A stretch of 64,000 nt of DNA from Candidatus Poribacteria bacterium. GTDB taxonomy: Bacteria; Poribacteria; WGA-4E; WGA-3G. The translations under genes and the position numbers were made by a program. Within the stretch, counting starts at the first letter, position 1. The number at the start of each line of letters is the position of its first letter. Under the pieces are notes generated by a model that was given only the letters and a program-made list of their open reading frames with translations, was not told where the DNA came from and did not search any database. The DNA is taken from positions 3,840,001-3,904,000 of the forward strand of contig CAXXLX010000001.1 of NCBI GenBank assembly GCA_963665235.2, read 5' to 3'. Shown in pieces: positions 19,601 to 28,382 of this stretch.

Positions 19601-19836
19601 CTGAACTCCGTTTTCCACTCTACTCCCTATTTGATGGCGTGCTTTTCTTTGACACAGGAAACGTATGGGAAACAGCAAGCGACATCGACATTGCTGAATT
19701 GCCTACCTCTGTCGGGGCAGGGTTATATTTGGACCTCGGCCCCCTCAGGGGCGGGTTCGATTACGCTGTGCCACTCCGGACCATCGCTGACAGCTCGGAA
19801 AATACGCTCTATTTTCGCATCGGAAGTATATTCTAG
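16666..19836 (+). CDS. Omp85-family (TamA/BamA-like) outer membrane protein with multiple POTRA domains
   Basis: POTRA-like repeats (F.GN..FS..L, GY), barrel motifs ERFWAGGSTTVRGY and FFDTGNVW, C-terminal Phe. Confidence 0.85.
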   Translation: MPKLQKTAPTPRRINGGKTAISLSVFLLFCALIVTPVSGGVEDENNQQRPETVSSSQETQVAQIIYRIDTRIVTETVVLDTLKKRTHITVGAPFSRQAIQQSVVSLHALAQFSQVNVYALDTPEGVILTFDLKRVVHIKKIEITGVPDELKRALRNAMLSKVGHIYLPAIAESEVPRIKAACTDYGYFSPTVIHKPITAEGQVTYQITLGNPSLIKTLQIQGHESVSTKDIQDACRLSRVGKPYRKYAVETDIAQIRALYRKKHYPTATVVPTFTHKTGVLLLQINQGKQYLIEFLSKKDGRPIVFSSGFRNFLAKFGIGNASSEEMELKEKIINAPFLYKQTIQAHFEVKGYYGTEVSPPEIIDTPLRYHAKFTINPGTRYTVKNISFSGNKAFSDAVLLREMQARPPNRLSRLIRKRFLSKQILETDKQSLKILYKKAGYPKVVIEIDLHKHTPNNKDIGEVEIHVDIVELYKEVIQRCHFIGNQVIDTATLLGALPIQPPQPNESLLEKGYANAVLKMYYERGYVDAEVKTKYMDKTDTAVLEVPGNFSEHLDAGTLPPELRDEFEKQGLTLAGTFIASKIDEHWIIQDAENNARYTLKQHPTSLSVFEHGVLHIEITEGPQVVFGTFYFGGDPGVKRQVLTREVEHLPGTRYTPSKLSRVLQNLYKTGLFEPGIRTTAIERADTIKQTATAPNRNAETSNTVPQTVSLQATVQPRVKDVLIELQRQKPGAYGASIGYNASEGARGTLALSHRNIFKRNIRFLLRGRGGTRAGTLGYLYDATLTEPWFLGRTQGSLQWAERNLEEDDNVRARQASFTLSRELPRDNWLELQYSFRHLRQPDATTITLTDKTTTVSSLRFSWTHNSRFPSINPISGILNEVTLEYAGNLLGGQTNFIKTVTDTRYYRKLHNKGPVLATALRFGITTGIGSSRHAELISFERFWAGGSTTVRGYAERGLGPLDSTLRHRGNVQLIFNTELRFPLYSLFDGVLFFDTGNVWETASDIDIAELPTSVGAGLYLDLGPLRGGFDYAVPLRTIADSSENTLYFRIGSIF

Positions 19837-19837
19837 T

Positions 19838-19876
19838 GGCTATTGGCTGTTGGCTATTGGAAACCATTAGCAAGAG
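19838..19876 (+). repeat. Heptamer STR block with (T)AGCAAGAG anchor; near-identical inverted copy at 45308-45349
   Basis: GGCTATT GGCTGTT GGCTATT GGAAACCATTAGCAAGAG. Confidence 0.75.
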
Positions 19877-19946
19877 AAAGAAACAAAGAGGAGGATAATG
19901 GACGCAGTTCATGAAATCCTCCCAAAGAGCCCTCTTCTCCTTCTTA

Positions 19947-20383
19947 TACCATTTTTATTAATTATTCTATCATTACCGGTTGTTAGAAATGAAACGGAGA
20001 ACGGAAGACACAAACTGGAAGTTTATGCTACCATAAAGCGCACAAACTGGAAGTTTATGCTACAATAAAGCGCACAAACTGGAAGTTTATGCTACGATAA
20101 AGCACACAAACTGGAAGTTTATGCTACGATAAAGCACACAAACTGGAAGTTTATGCTACGATAAAGCACACAAACTGGAAGTTTATGCTACGATAAAGCA
20201 CACAAACTGGAAGTTTATGCTACGATAAAGCACACAAACTGGAAGTTTATGCTACGATAAAGCACACAAACTGGAAGTTTATGCTACGATAAAGCACACA
20301 AACTGGAAGTTTATGCTACGATAAAGCACACAAACTGGAAGTTTATGCTACAATAAAGAGACATTTTTCAATTAGAAATGGTA
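19947..20383 (+). mobile_element. MITE-like element family A, copy 2 (11 x 32-bp REP-like units)
   Basis: TACCAT..ATGGTA TIR with TTA flanks; unit CACAAACTGGAAGTTTATGCTACGATAAAGCA starting at 20009 through 20329. Confidence 0.85.
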
Positions 20384-20433
20384 TTATATTTCTTCTCTTC
20401 TCTTATATTTCTTGCCAATTGCTGCCAATGAGC

Positions 20434-21363
20434 TTAATCGCTCTGTTTATAAGGTTTTCCTAATGCTAAGGGTGCTTCTGCTCGCCCAACAAATCCTGCT
20501 AACACCACCAGGCAAAGCAGATATGGCAACATCGCAAACCATTGAAATTGAACCTCCCAGCCAATTGCTTGAAACCGGGCTTCCAAAGCGGTACCGAGAC
20601 CGAACAGCAGCGCAGCACCGCACGCCTTCACAGGATGCCATTTCCCAAAGATGACAATTGCCAACGCAATAAATCCACGCCCACCAGTCATCCCCGGATT
20701 AAAATACGGCACATCCGCAAGCGACAAATATCCACCCCCAATGCCTGCCATCGTACCAGCAAACAGTAAACACACTGTCCGCAAACTAAAAACATTAACC
20801 CCAACAGTAGAAATCGCCTTCGGATGTTCGCCACATGCACGAATCCTAAGCCCAGCATGTGTGTGATATAGGAAAAAGTAAACGCACGGCACTAGCAGAA
20901 ACGCCAGGAAAACGAGAATATTGTGTGAAAATAGGGCAGGTCCGACAAAAGGTATCTGTGAGAGAAGCGGCACATCAAATTGTTTGAAATCTGTGACGCG
21001 AAGCGCGCTGCCTGTCACCCCAAACAGGCGTTGATATACGACCTCTGTTAGACCCAATGCTAAAAGTGTTATTGCGGTACCGATGACAACTTGGTCACAG
21101 CGGAGCCGTATCGCAAAAAACGCGAAGAGGGCAGCCGTCGCAAGTCCACTCACCCCAGCGACTATAAGTCCGCACCACGGTGCTAAGTAGGGCAGGGCAG
21201 CTGTGTAGAACGAGCCAACCATGCCAAAGAACGCGCCCATCAACATCATTCCTTCAATGCCAATATTAATCACACCTGCGCGTTGTGAAACGACTTCGCC
21301 TAGTGCCGCAAACAGAAGAGGCGTTGCCCCGCGAATCGTCGCTGCAAGAATATCTTCAAACAT
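20434..21363 (-). CDS. ABC transporter permease (nucleoside/sugar, CUT2-like)
   Basis: ATPLLFAALGE...RAGVINIGIEG, GE.P, GRGFIALA, PY. Confidence 0.9.
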   Translation of the reverse strand: MFEDILAATIRGATPLLFAALGEVVSQRAGVINIGIEGMMLMGAFFGMVGSFYTAALPYLAPWCGLIVAGVSGLATAALFAFFAIRLRCDQVVIGTAITLLALGLTEVVYQRLFGVTGSALRVTDFKQFDVPLLSQIPFVGPALFSHNILVFLAFLLVPCVYFFLYHTHAGLRIRACGEHPKAISTVGVNVFSLRTVCLLFAGTMAGIGGGYLSLADVPYFNPGMTGGRGFIALAIVIFGKWHPVKACGAALLFGLGTALEARFQAIGWEVQFQWFAMLPYLLCLVVLAGFVGRAEAPLALGKPYKQSD

Positions 21364-21390
21364 GTTATAGCCTCCGCAGTTGCTTGAGAA

Positions 21391-22542
21391 TCATGATGCC
21401 TCTTTTGCTGACGACCGATTGCCGATTGCCGATTGCCGACGAAAGAATTTGACAGCACTATACCCAATAACAAAAAGTAGAATTACCGCCTGCATCACCC
21501 ATGTCACCTTATCCGAGATGCCGACTCCGCGTTGCATAGCATAAGACCCGGTTGTCAGCGCGCCGAACAGCAGAGCCGAGGCAACGGTTAGCAGCGGATG
21601 TAATTTCGCTAACAACGCGACAGCAATAGCAGTGTAACCGTATCCCGGTGAAAACCCAAGATAGAGGCGACGCGTCAGAGCCATCAGTTCAATCGCACCG
21701 CCGAGCCCTGCCAATGCCCCACTAATAAAAAAGACACGAAGGGTGTTACGTACAATCGAAATGCCTGCCGCCTCCGCTGCAGTTGCCCCTTCACCCACTG
21801 CCCGAAGTTGATACCCAAACGTAGTCCGAAACAGAAGATAGGTCAGGAAAATCGCTAATAGCACAGCGATGACGATACCTATATGTACTCGGTGCGGTGA
21901 TGAGAGAAGCCGTGGCAAAAATACCCACTCGGCTATTCTATTGCTTTGCGGCGCATGTCTGGCGAGCTCCTGCAAGGGGCCGCCATCTATCATCAGACCG
22001 ACGAAGTGGATGGCAATATAATTCAACATAATCGTGCTAATGACTTCGTTCACGCCGCGCGTCACCTTGAGAATCGCAGGAATGATACCCCATATTCCGC
22101 CAGCAAACACAGCAATGACCAACCCAAGCGGCACTGCAAACCACGTGTGCGACGGCAATAGACCGGCCACCTTTGTTCCGAACCATGTTACCGCCAAGGC
22201 ACCTATCAAAAACTGCCCCTCCGCCCCAATATTCCAGATGCCACACCGAAAAGCGATGGCAACAGAGAGCCCCGTCATCAGAAATGGAGTCGTTTTGACC
22301 AACGTTTCCCCAAATTTGCGACCGTTACCGAACGCTCCATCAATCGCAGCAACGTAAGCCTCCCACGGATTATAGCCGCACAACAATATAATTATCGCGT
22401 TTGTGATAAACGCACTCGCCAGAATGATTACCGGCACCGCCACCCACGGAGCAGCAACCGAAATTAACCCTGAAAACTTCGAGTAGATTCGGGAGAGAAC
22501 GGCAATCAGAGGATGCCCGTTCCCTTTAAAAAGATTAACCAT
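21391..22542 (-). CDS. ABC transporter permease (nucleoside/sugar)
   Basis: NIGAEGQ, NEVISTIMLNY, GYGYTAIAVALLA. Confidence 0.9.
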   Translation of the reverse strand: MVNLFKGNGHPLIAVLSRIYSKFSGLISVAAPWVAVPVIILASAFITNAIIILLCGYNPWEAYVAAIDGAFGNGRKFGETLVKTTPFLMTGLSVAIAFRCGIWNIGAEGQFLIGALAVTWFGTKVAGLLPSHTWFAVPLGLVIAVFAGGIWGIIPAILKVTRGVNEVISTIMLNYIAIHFVGLMIDGGPLQELARHAPQSNRIAEWVFLPRLLSSPHRVHIGIVIAVLLAIFLTYLLFRTTFGYQLRAVGEGATAAEAAGISIVRNTLRVFFISGALAGLGGAIELMALTRRLYLGFSPGYGYTAIAVALLAKLHPLLTVASALLFGALTTGSYAMQRGVGISDKVTWVMQAVILLFVIGYSAVKFFRRQSAIGNRSSAKEAS

Positions 22543-24142
22543 CTGTCCCTGCTTCTCCTGTCATCAACAAACCCAACGCTTCTATGTTCTCACGGTGTTC
22601 GGTAGCCTCAATTAACGTCCCTCTAGACATGACATAGAGCCTGTCGCTCAATTGTAAGACTTCATCTAATTCTGTTGAGATTAAAAGCACAGATTTTTTC
22701 TGGTCGCGCTGCAGTAGGAGATTTTGATGAACATAGTGTGCAGCACTGATGTCTAAACCGCGTGTAGGGTTAACGGCAATGAGAAGCTCCGGTTGCGATG
22801 AAATTTCACGAGCAAGGACAACCTTCTGTTGATTGCCCCCGGAAAGTGCTGTAGCGGGAATGTGCATGGATGGCGGCCGAATATCATACTCGGCAATTAG
22901 GTGTTCCGCGAGTTCTTTTTTTGTGCTCTGCTTGATAACCCCCAGCTTCGCTACATCTGCTAAGTGTTTCACATTGAGCAGGAGATTCTCCATAACAGAA
23001 AACGAAGCGATAACCCCCATCGTTTGCCTGTCTTCGGGAATATAACTGACTCCCTGTAACCGAATCTGCTTTGTGTCTCGCGGCTCTGTCGATAGTATTT
23101 CTATCTGACCGGACGCGATGGGTCTTAATCCCATAACTGCCTCCGCCAGTTCGCGCTGTCCATTTCCATCAACCCCAGCTATCCCGACGATTTCACCGCG
23201 ATGGGTTGCCATAGAGACATCCGACACCGCCACCTCATCGCGGCTACCGAGCACAGTGAGCCCCGAAATTTGCAGCACTGTATCCGTTGTGGCTCGGTTT
23301 TCTTTCCGTTCCAACTCCGCGACCGGTTCACCAAGCATTTCTCTCGCCAATTCGCGGGCGGTCAACTCCCCTGTCTTGCCGAGATACACCTTTTTTCCGC
23401 GTCTTAGCACAGTAATCCTATCGCTAATTTCTAAAACCTCTTTCATTTTGTGGCTAATGAAAATAATAGACCGGTTATCGTCTACCAATTTACGTAGGAT
23501 TGTGAAAAAACCGTTTACCTCTTGTGGGCTGAGTACGGCTGTCGGTTCGTCAAGGATGAGGATGCGCGCCTCAACGGCGAGTGCTTTGAGGATTTCAACG
23601 CGCTGTTTCAAACCGACTGAAAGGGTGCGGACTAATGCATTCGCATCGACGGTGAGCCCAAACCGTTCGGAGAGAGCTTCGGTGATTTCCACTGCCTCCG
23701 CCTTTTTAAAGCGGTGCGGAAGGAAAGAGTGAAAAATGTTTGATTTTTCATCTGGTAATGAATGAGCAATTTCGCCCCCCGGTTCTGTCGCCTCTGCCGT
23801 TCCATTTGCAGAACGTAATTGCGAGAGGCTCAGCGCAATATTTTCAGCGACGGTGAGATTCTCTATCAGCATGAAATGTTGATGTACCATACCGATGCCG
23901 TTTGCAATCGCATCGCGTGGCGAGCTGAAAACTTTGGGTTCGCCGGAGACAGAAAGGCTTCCCGCTGAAGGCTGGTAAAGCCCGTAGATGAGATTCATCA
24001 GGGTTGATTTCCCCGCCCCGTTTTCCCCCAAAATCGCATGGATTTCACCCGCTTGTAGTTCAAAATTGACGTTGTCAACCGCGACAAGCTCGCCAAAGGT
24101 TTTAGTAATCTGTTGAAGCTCAAGGACGTTTTCTGTTTCCAT
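22535..24142 (-). CDS. ABC transporter ATP-binding protein, tandem ABC domains
   Basis: GENGAGKST, GMVHQHF, LDEPT, LSGGNQQK, PTRGLD. Confidence 0.95.
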   Translation of the reverse strand: METENVLELQQITKTFGELVAVDNVNFELQAGEIHAILGENGAGKSTLMNLIYGLYQPSAGSLSVSGEPKVFSSPRDAIANGIGMVHQHFMLIENLTVAENIALSLSQLRSANGTAEATEPGGEIAHSLPDEKSNIFHSFLPHRFKKAEAVEITEALSERFGLTVDANALVRTLSVGLKQRVEILKALAVEARILILDEPTAVLSPQEVNGFFTILRKLVDDNRSIIFISHKMKEVLEISDRITVLRRGKKVYLGKTGELTARELAREMLGEPVAELERKENRATTDTVLQISGLTVLGSRDEVAVSDVSMATHRGEIVGIAGVDGNGQRELAEAVMGLRPIASGQIEILSTEPRDTKQIRLQGVSYIPEDRQTMGVIASFSVMENLLLNVKHLADVAKLGVIKQSTKKELAEHLIAEYDIRPPSMHIPATALSGGNQQKVVLAREISSQPELLIAVNPTRGLDISAAHYVHQNLLLQRDQKKSVLLISTELDEVLQLSDRLYVMSRGTLIEATEHRENIEALGLLMTGEAGTDG

Positions 24143-24991
24143 CTACACCCTACACCAATTATCCGCTCTGGCGGCTGTCAATTCACCATCGTAAGCGACA
24201 AACCGCAACGAAATCTGCCACGTTTCATTTTTCGGTGTCAAAACTGGTCCTGTCTGTGTCGGGTTATAGAGTGCCATACCGTAATCCCGAATGAACCACG
24301 GCCCCCGGGTGTCCCCATTAAGAATTGTCATAAAGATACCAAAATGTCCGTGTGTTGGGAGTTGATTTTGATATGCCACAAAATCTGAAATCCCTTGAAG
24401 CACTTCAACCTTCCCTCTACGGTCGTTATCTCCGATAACAACGCCTCCCATAACAGGTAAAAGTCTCGGTTCAACCCGCATGCCGATGCTGCCATACTTG
24501 GTTTGTGGATATTCAACGGCACCATAGGTGGCGACTTTTTCACTTGTCATATCGCACACTGTGGCATCAGCTAGGGCGTATAGATTGACCGTCCGAATTT
24601 CATCGAGTAAAGGCGCGTCGTTTTCATCGCGCCAGATAACCTTCTGAACAAATTGAACGCCATTCGCGTGTGGCGTGATGTCGATATCTTTCTGCGTTTC
24701 CATACGTCCCAATTTCTCAAAGAGTCTGTCTGTAAAAGAGCGGCGTGGTGGGGCACCCCAAAACCATGCTTCTCGGTCGCCTACCTTCACCGGGGCTTGT
24801 CCTACAAAAATCCCGTTGTGAAACGGATGGTCAAAAGCGAACTCCTGAATAACGGTATGTCCAGCAGGCGTATAGAATGGAAAGACAAAAGGACGGTAAA
24901 AGTTGGCACCGAGTCCGCCTAAACAACGTCCTGTATCGGTCTCAACAACTAAATGTGTTCTGGCATTAATTATAACTTTGTAAGCACTCAT
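24143..24991 (-). CDS. DUF6807 ('PmoA-family') hypothetical protein
   Basis: RPF.FP.YTPAG, DHPFH.G, PWFIRDYG...NP. AAGGAG RBS before the ATG at 24991. Confidence 0.65.
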   Translation of the reverse strand: MSAYKVIINARTHLVVETDTGRCLGGLGANFYRPFVFPFYTPAGHTVIQEFAFDHPFHNGIFVGQAPVKVGDREAWFWGAPPRRSFTDRLFEKLGRMETQKDIDITPHANGVQFVQKVIWRDENDAPLLDEIRTVNLYALADATVCDMTSEKVATYGAVEYPQTKYGSIGMRVEPRLLPVMGGVVIGDNDRRGKVEVLQGISDFVAYQNQLPTHGHFGIFMTILNGDTRGPWFIRDYGMALYNPTQTGPVLTPKNETWQISLRFVAYDGELTAARADNWCRV

Positions 24992-25133
24992 TTTTTTCTC
25001 CTTTTTGGTGTCCATCGGAAGAAGCATGTCCTATATTTTACCACGAATTGCCTGTCCAACGCAAATAGAAAATTGCCTAATTGCCTACACAAAAACTGGA
25101 CACACCCAAATTTTAAAATTTTCAACTTTTCCC

Positions 25134-25162
25134 TTGACTTTTAATCGGTTTTTTGATAAAAT
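25134..25162 (+). promoter_or_regulatory. sigma70-type promoter of the TCA gene cluster
   Basis: TTGACT-17 bp-TAAAAT. Confidence 0.6.
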
Positions 25163-25344
25163 ATTTTTAAAGCTTTAACAACAATAGGTCAGCAAACTTT
25201 TTTAAAAACGGAATCTGGAAACCTCACCGTTAATATGGCATATCACATTTACAAAACCTGCCCCCTGGTGCTGTAGATTAGTAAGCCTGCCCTTTCAGGA
25301 GGAGTCAATCCGGCGAGTCAGATTCTCAGCAAAGAGGAGATTTC

Positions 25345-26892
25345 ATGTTGAATAAGAACTTGGAGGCAAAACAGTTAGCGGCGGCCCGAAAAATCCTGTC
25401 TCATGTGCCTGATGCTTCGGCGTATGCCCCCGTAACAGACTCCTTGAACCGAGCGACAGAGCTCGGTGAGGAGGCAATTGCGGGCGTACTAAAGAGTTTC
25501 AGCTCCATGCCGCAATCGACAACTGTTTTCGCAAATCCTGTGTTACACCGGGCCGCCGTTAAGTGTGGAGAGACAGAGATAACCCTGAATATTCGGAGTT
25601 TTGCAATTCGCGGTATCATTCCGGAAAGTGAGATTGTGGCAGAACAGCTCAGTCCCACATCAGTTATTTTTACCGGTCTTTTTGGCAAGAGGCCCATAAA
25701 AGATGATATAGATGAAGAGGCACTTCTAACGGGATTAATAGATAAAAAGTTTTACAAATTCACCAGCATCCGTAGGGACAGCCTCACCGGCGATCGCCGG
25801 CTTATCAATCAGGTTGCCGAATTTGTCAAAGCCTTTCCAGAAGCTGGACCCGAGGCCGTCATCCAACATTTCTCGACACTCAGGAAGCTAAGCACGCCAC
25901 GTCAGAAAGGCATTAGCGGCACAAGACCCCCCGGGACACTGCTGCTCGACCTAATCGGAACGCACATGGAAAATGTGGCACTCGGCACAGTATCGGTCTA
26001 TATGCGGCACCAGCTCAGAGAAAGCAACGCTTTGCATCCACAAGTGCTCGCAATGCGTGCTAACGACCTTATTACTGAACACCAGAAAAATGGAAAGACC
26101 GCGTTCCAAACCTGTTACAGTCTACTTTTAGGTAGAGAAGCAACCCCTATTGAAGCAACTATTCTGGAACGGATGGGTATCATACAGACGCACCACGGCT
26201 CCGCGGGCTCCAATGTGGTTGCCCGATATCTGGCGACTTTACACACAGGCGCGGTCTCCGATTTCTTTGTTGCCTCACAGATGGCACTAGATGGCGACCG
26301 ACATTTCGGGGCCATTCACGATATGACAGCGTTCATCAATCAGCTAGAACCGTTAGACTCCGAGGCACAAGAAGAAGCAATCCGAAAACGTATGCGTATC
26401 GCACTCCCAACCTTTGGACACCCAGAAATAGCCGCTGCTGGCAGAACCGACGAAATCCAGCAAGACCCGAGACCCGCTATCTATTTTAACCCCTTCATAA
26501 AAGCTGTGAATGATGGTGATATTCAACTCAGTGACAGACAGAAAAAGCGGTTGGCAATTGTGCAACGTCTTTATCAAATCGCTTTCGTTGAAGGTATCGT
26601 TCGCCCCGGGCGCGAAGATGAACCGCCGCTCCGATTAACCCCAAATACCGACTTTGGCGGATGGGCAGTTCAAGAGGGATTAGGTATCTATGAAAACGAC
26701 AGGACATTCTTAACTTACATCTTCCGCGGATTTGGATGGATAATGGATGCACGTGAACAGCTCCAACTCAAAATCATCCGACCGGTTATTCCACCACACC
26801 CCGATGTCATTCCGGAACCGACTGACGATATGACCATCGCTGATGAGGTAGTCGCACTACATAACCAAATGGCAGGGCCGAATATCTTTTAA
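25345..26892 (+). CDS. Divergent citrate synthase-superfamily protein
   Basis: Ordered motifs THHGS, RHFGA, PTFGHP, DPR, PNTDF, R..GW and IIRP match the CS catalytic scaffold; directly upstream of icd. Confidence 0.75.
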   Translation: MLNKNLEAKQLAAARKILSHVPDASAYAPVTDSLNRATELGEEAIAGVLKSFSSMPQSTTVFANPVLHRAAVKCGETEITLNIRSFAIRGIIPESEIVAEQLSPTSVIFTGLFGKRPIKDDIDEEALLTGLIDKKFYKFTSIRRDSLTGDRRLINQVAEFVKAFPEAGPEAVIQHFSTLRKLSTPRQKGISGTRPPGTLLLDLIGTHMENVALGTVSVYMRHQLRESNALHPQVLAMRANDLITEHQKNGKTAFQTCYSLLLGREATPIEATILERMGIIQTHHGSAGSNVVARYLATLHTGAVSDFFVASQMALDGDRHFGAIHDMTAFINQLEPLDSEAQEEAIRKRMRIALPTFGHPEIAAAGRTDEIQQDPRPAIYFNPFIKAVNDGDIQLSDRQKKRLAIVQRLYQIAFVEGIVRPGREDEPPLRLTPNTDFGGWAVQEGLGIYENDRTFLTYIFRGFGWIMDAREQLQLKIIRPVIPPHPDVIPEPTDDMTIADEVVALHNQMAGPNIF

Positions 26893-26943
26893 AAGTGTCA
26901 ACAAAATCCATAGACACGCTGCACATATCAGAGAGGAACACTT

Positions 26944-28191
26944 GTGATTGAATTTGAGCAACTTGTAGTCCCCACAGTGGGTGAAAAAATCGAAACAAAT
27001 AACGGACAGCTCACTGTCCCCAATAAACCGATTATTCCGGTCATTGAGGGGGACGGTATCGGCAGAGACATCATGAAAACAACGCGTCATGTTGTCGACG
27101 CTGCTGTGCAAACCGCTTACAATGGCAAAAACCAAATCGTCTGGTTCGATATCTACGCTGGCGAAAACGCCATGGCGAAATATAACGAATGGCTACCACA
27201 AGATACGTTCAAGGCTATCGACCACTTCCGAGTTGCGCTAAAGGGGCCCTTAACAACCCCCGTCGGTGGCGGTTTTCGCAGTCTAAATGTGACCCTACGG
27301 CAGGTGCTTGAACTCTACGCTTGCGTACGACCCGTCCGATACTTCCAAGGTGTGCCCGCCCCGGTCACACATCCTGAAAAGATGGATGTGGTTATCTTCC
27401 GAGAAAACACCGAAGATGTTTACGCAGGTATCGAATGGGAACAGGGCACCCCCGAAGTCAAAAAGGTGATTGAACTGCTCCGAACCGAAATGGGAGTGGA
27501 GATTCGAGAAGACTCCGGGGTCGGTATTAAACCGATTAGCATCTTCGGGACGAAACGGCTCGCGCGGATGGCCATTCAATACGCACTCGACAACGGAAGA
27601 CGAAGTGTTACGTTTGTCCACAAGGGGAATATCATGAAGTTCACGGAAGGCGCGTTCTGTGCATGGGGATACGAGCTCGCCAAGGAGGAGTTCGGTGACA
27701 CAACCATCACCGAAACGGAACTCTATGACAGGTATGATGGAAATCTCCCGGAAGGGAAAATTCTCGTCAACGACCGAATTGCGGACAGCATGCTGCAGCA
27801 AATTCTAACGCGTACGGATGAATACGACGTTATTGTGACCCCCAATTTGAATGGCGATTATCTCTCCGATGCTGCAGCAGCGCAGGTAGGCGGCATCGGT
27901 ATGGCACCCGGTGGAAACCTCAACGATGAGGTCGCCCTCTTCGAAGCAACACACGGTACAGCCCCAAAATATACCGATCAGGATGTTGTTAACCCCAGTT
28001 CACTTATCCTCTCGGCTGTCATGATGTTAGAGCATATCGGTTGGCAAGAGGCGGCGGACCTGATTATTGCTGGACTGGAGAAGACTATTCTCCAAAAACG
28101 GGTGACGTACGATTTGGAACGGTTGATGGAAGGGGCAACGAAGGTTCGCACGTCCGAATTCGGTGCGGCGATTGTTGAAAACTTTTCGTAA
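26944..28191 (+). CDS. icd: NADP-dependent isocitrate dehydrogenase
   Basis: [59 protein letters not shown]. Confidence 0.97.
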   Translation: MIEFEQLVVPTVGEKIETNNGQLTVPNKPIIPVIEGDGIGRDIMKTTRHVVDAAVQTAYNGKNQIVWFDIYAGENAMAKYNEWLPQDTFKAIDHFRVALKGPLTTPVGGGFRSLNVTLRQVLELYACVRPVRYFQGVPAPVTHPEKMDVVIFRENTEDVYAGIEWEQGTPEVKKVIELLRTEMGVEIREDSGVGIKPISIFGTKRLARMAIQYALDNGRRSVTFVHKGNIMKFTEGAFCAWGYELAKEEFGDTTITETELYDRYDGNLPEGKILVNDRIADSMLQQILTRTDEYDVIVTPNLNGDYLSDAAAAQVGGIGMAPGGNLNDEVALFEATHGTAPKYTDQDVVNPSSLILSAVMMLEHIGWQEAADLIIAGLEKTILQKRVTYDLERLMEGATKVRTSEFGAAIVENFS

Positions 28192-28224
28192 AAATATTCG
28201 ATTACACATAACACGGAGCAGCAC

Positions 28225-28359
28225 ATGTCTTTAAAAACGAAAATTGTTCTCGGGGTCGGCGTGTTCACTGCCATCGGCATCGGGATAGGGATAGAACTCT
28301 ATCGCCTTCACAAGCGTATTTTAAAAGAGTTGGTTGCAATTCGCAAGCAGGGGGAATAG
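28225..28359 (+). CDS. Putative 44-aa single-pass membrane peptide
   Basis: GGAG RBS; MSLKTKIVLGVGVFTAIGIGIGIELYRLHKRILKELVAIRKQGE*; below the ORF-track cutoff. Confidence 0.55.
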   Translation: MSLKTKIVLGVGVFTAIGIGIGIELYRLHKRILKELVAIRKQGE

Positions 28360-28382
28360 CAGCGAACTGCTAGCAACTCCGG

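Noticed and set aside
19947-20383. CRISPR array (also 39742-40137)
   Set aside because: Units are head-to-tail with near-identical 9-10-bp linkers, no unique spacers and no cas genes.
24143-24991. Particulate methane monooxygenase subunit
   Set aside because: Soluble-looking protein without pmoC/pmoB; the 'PmoA' family label for this domain does not imply methane oxidation.
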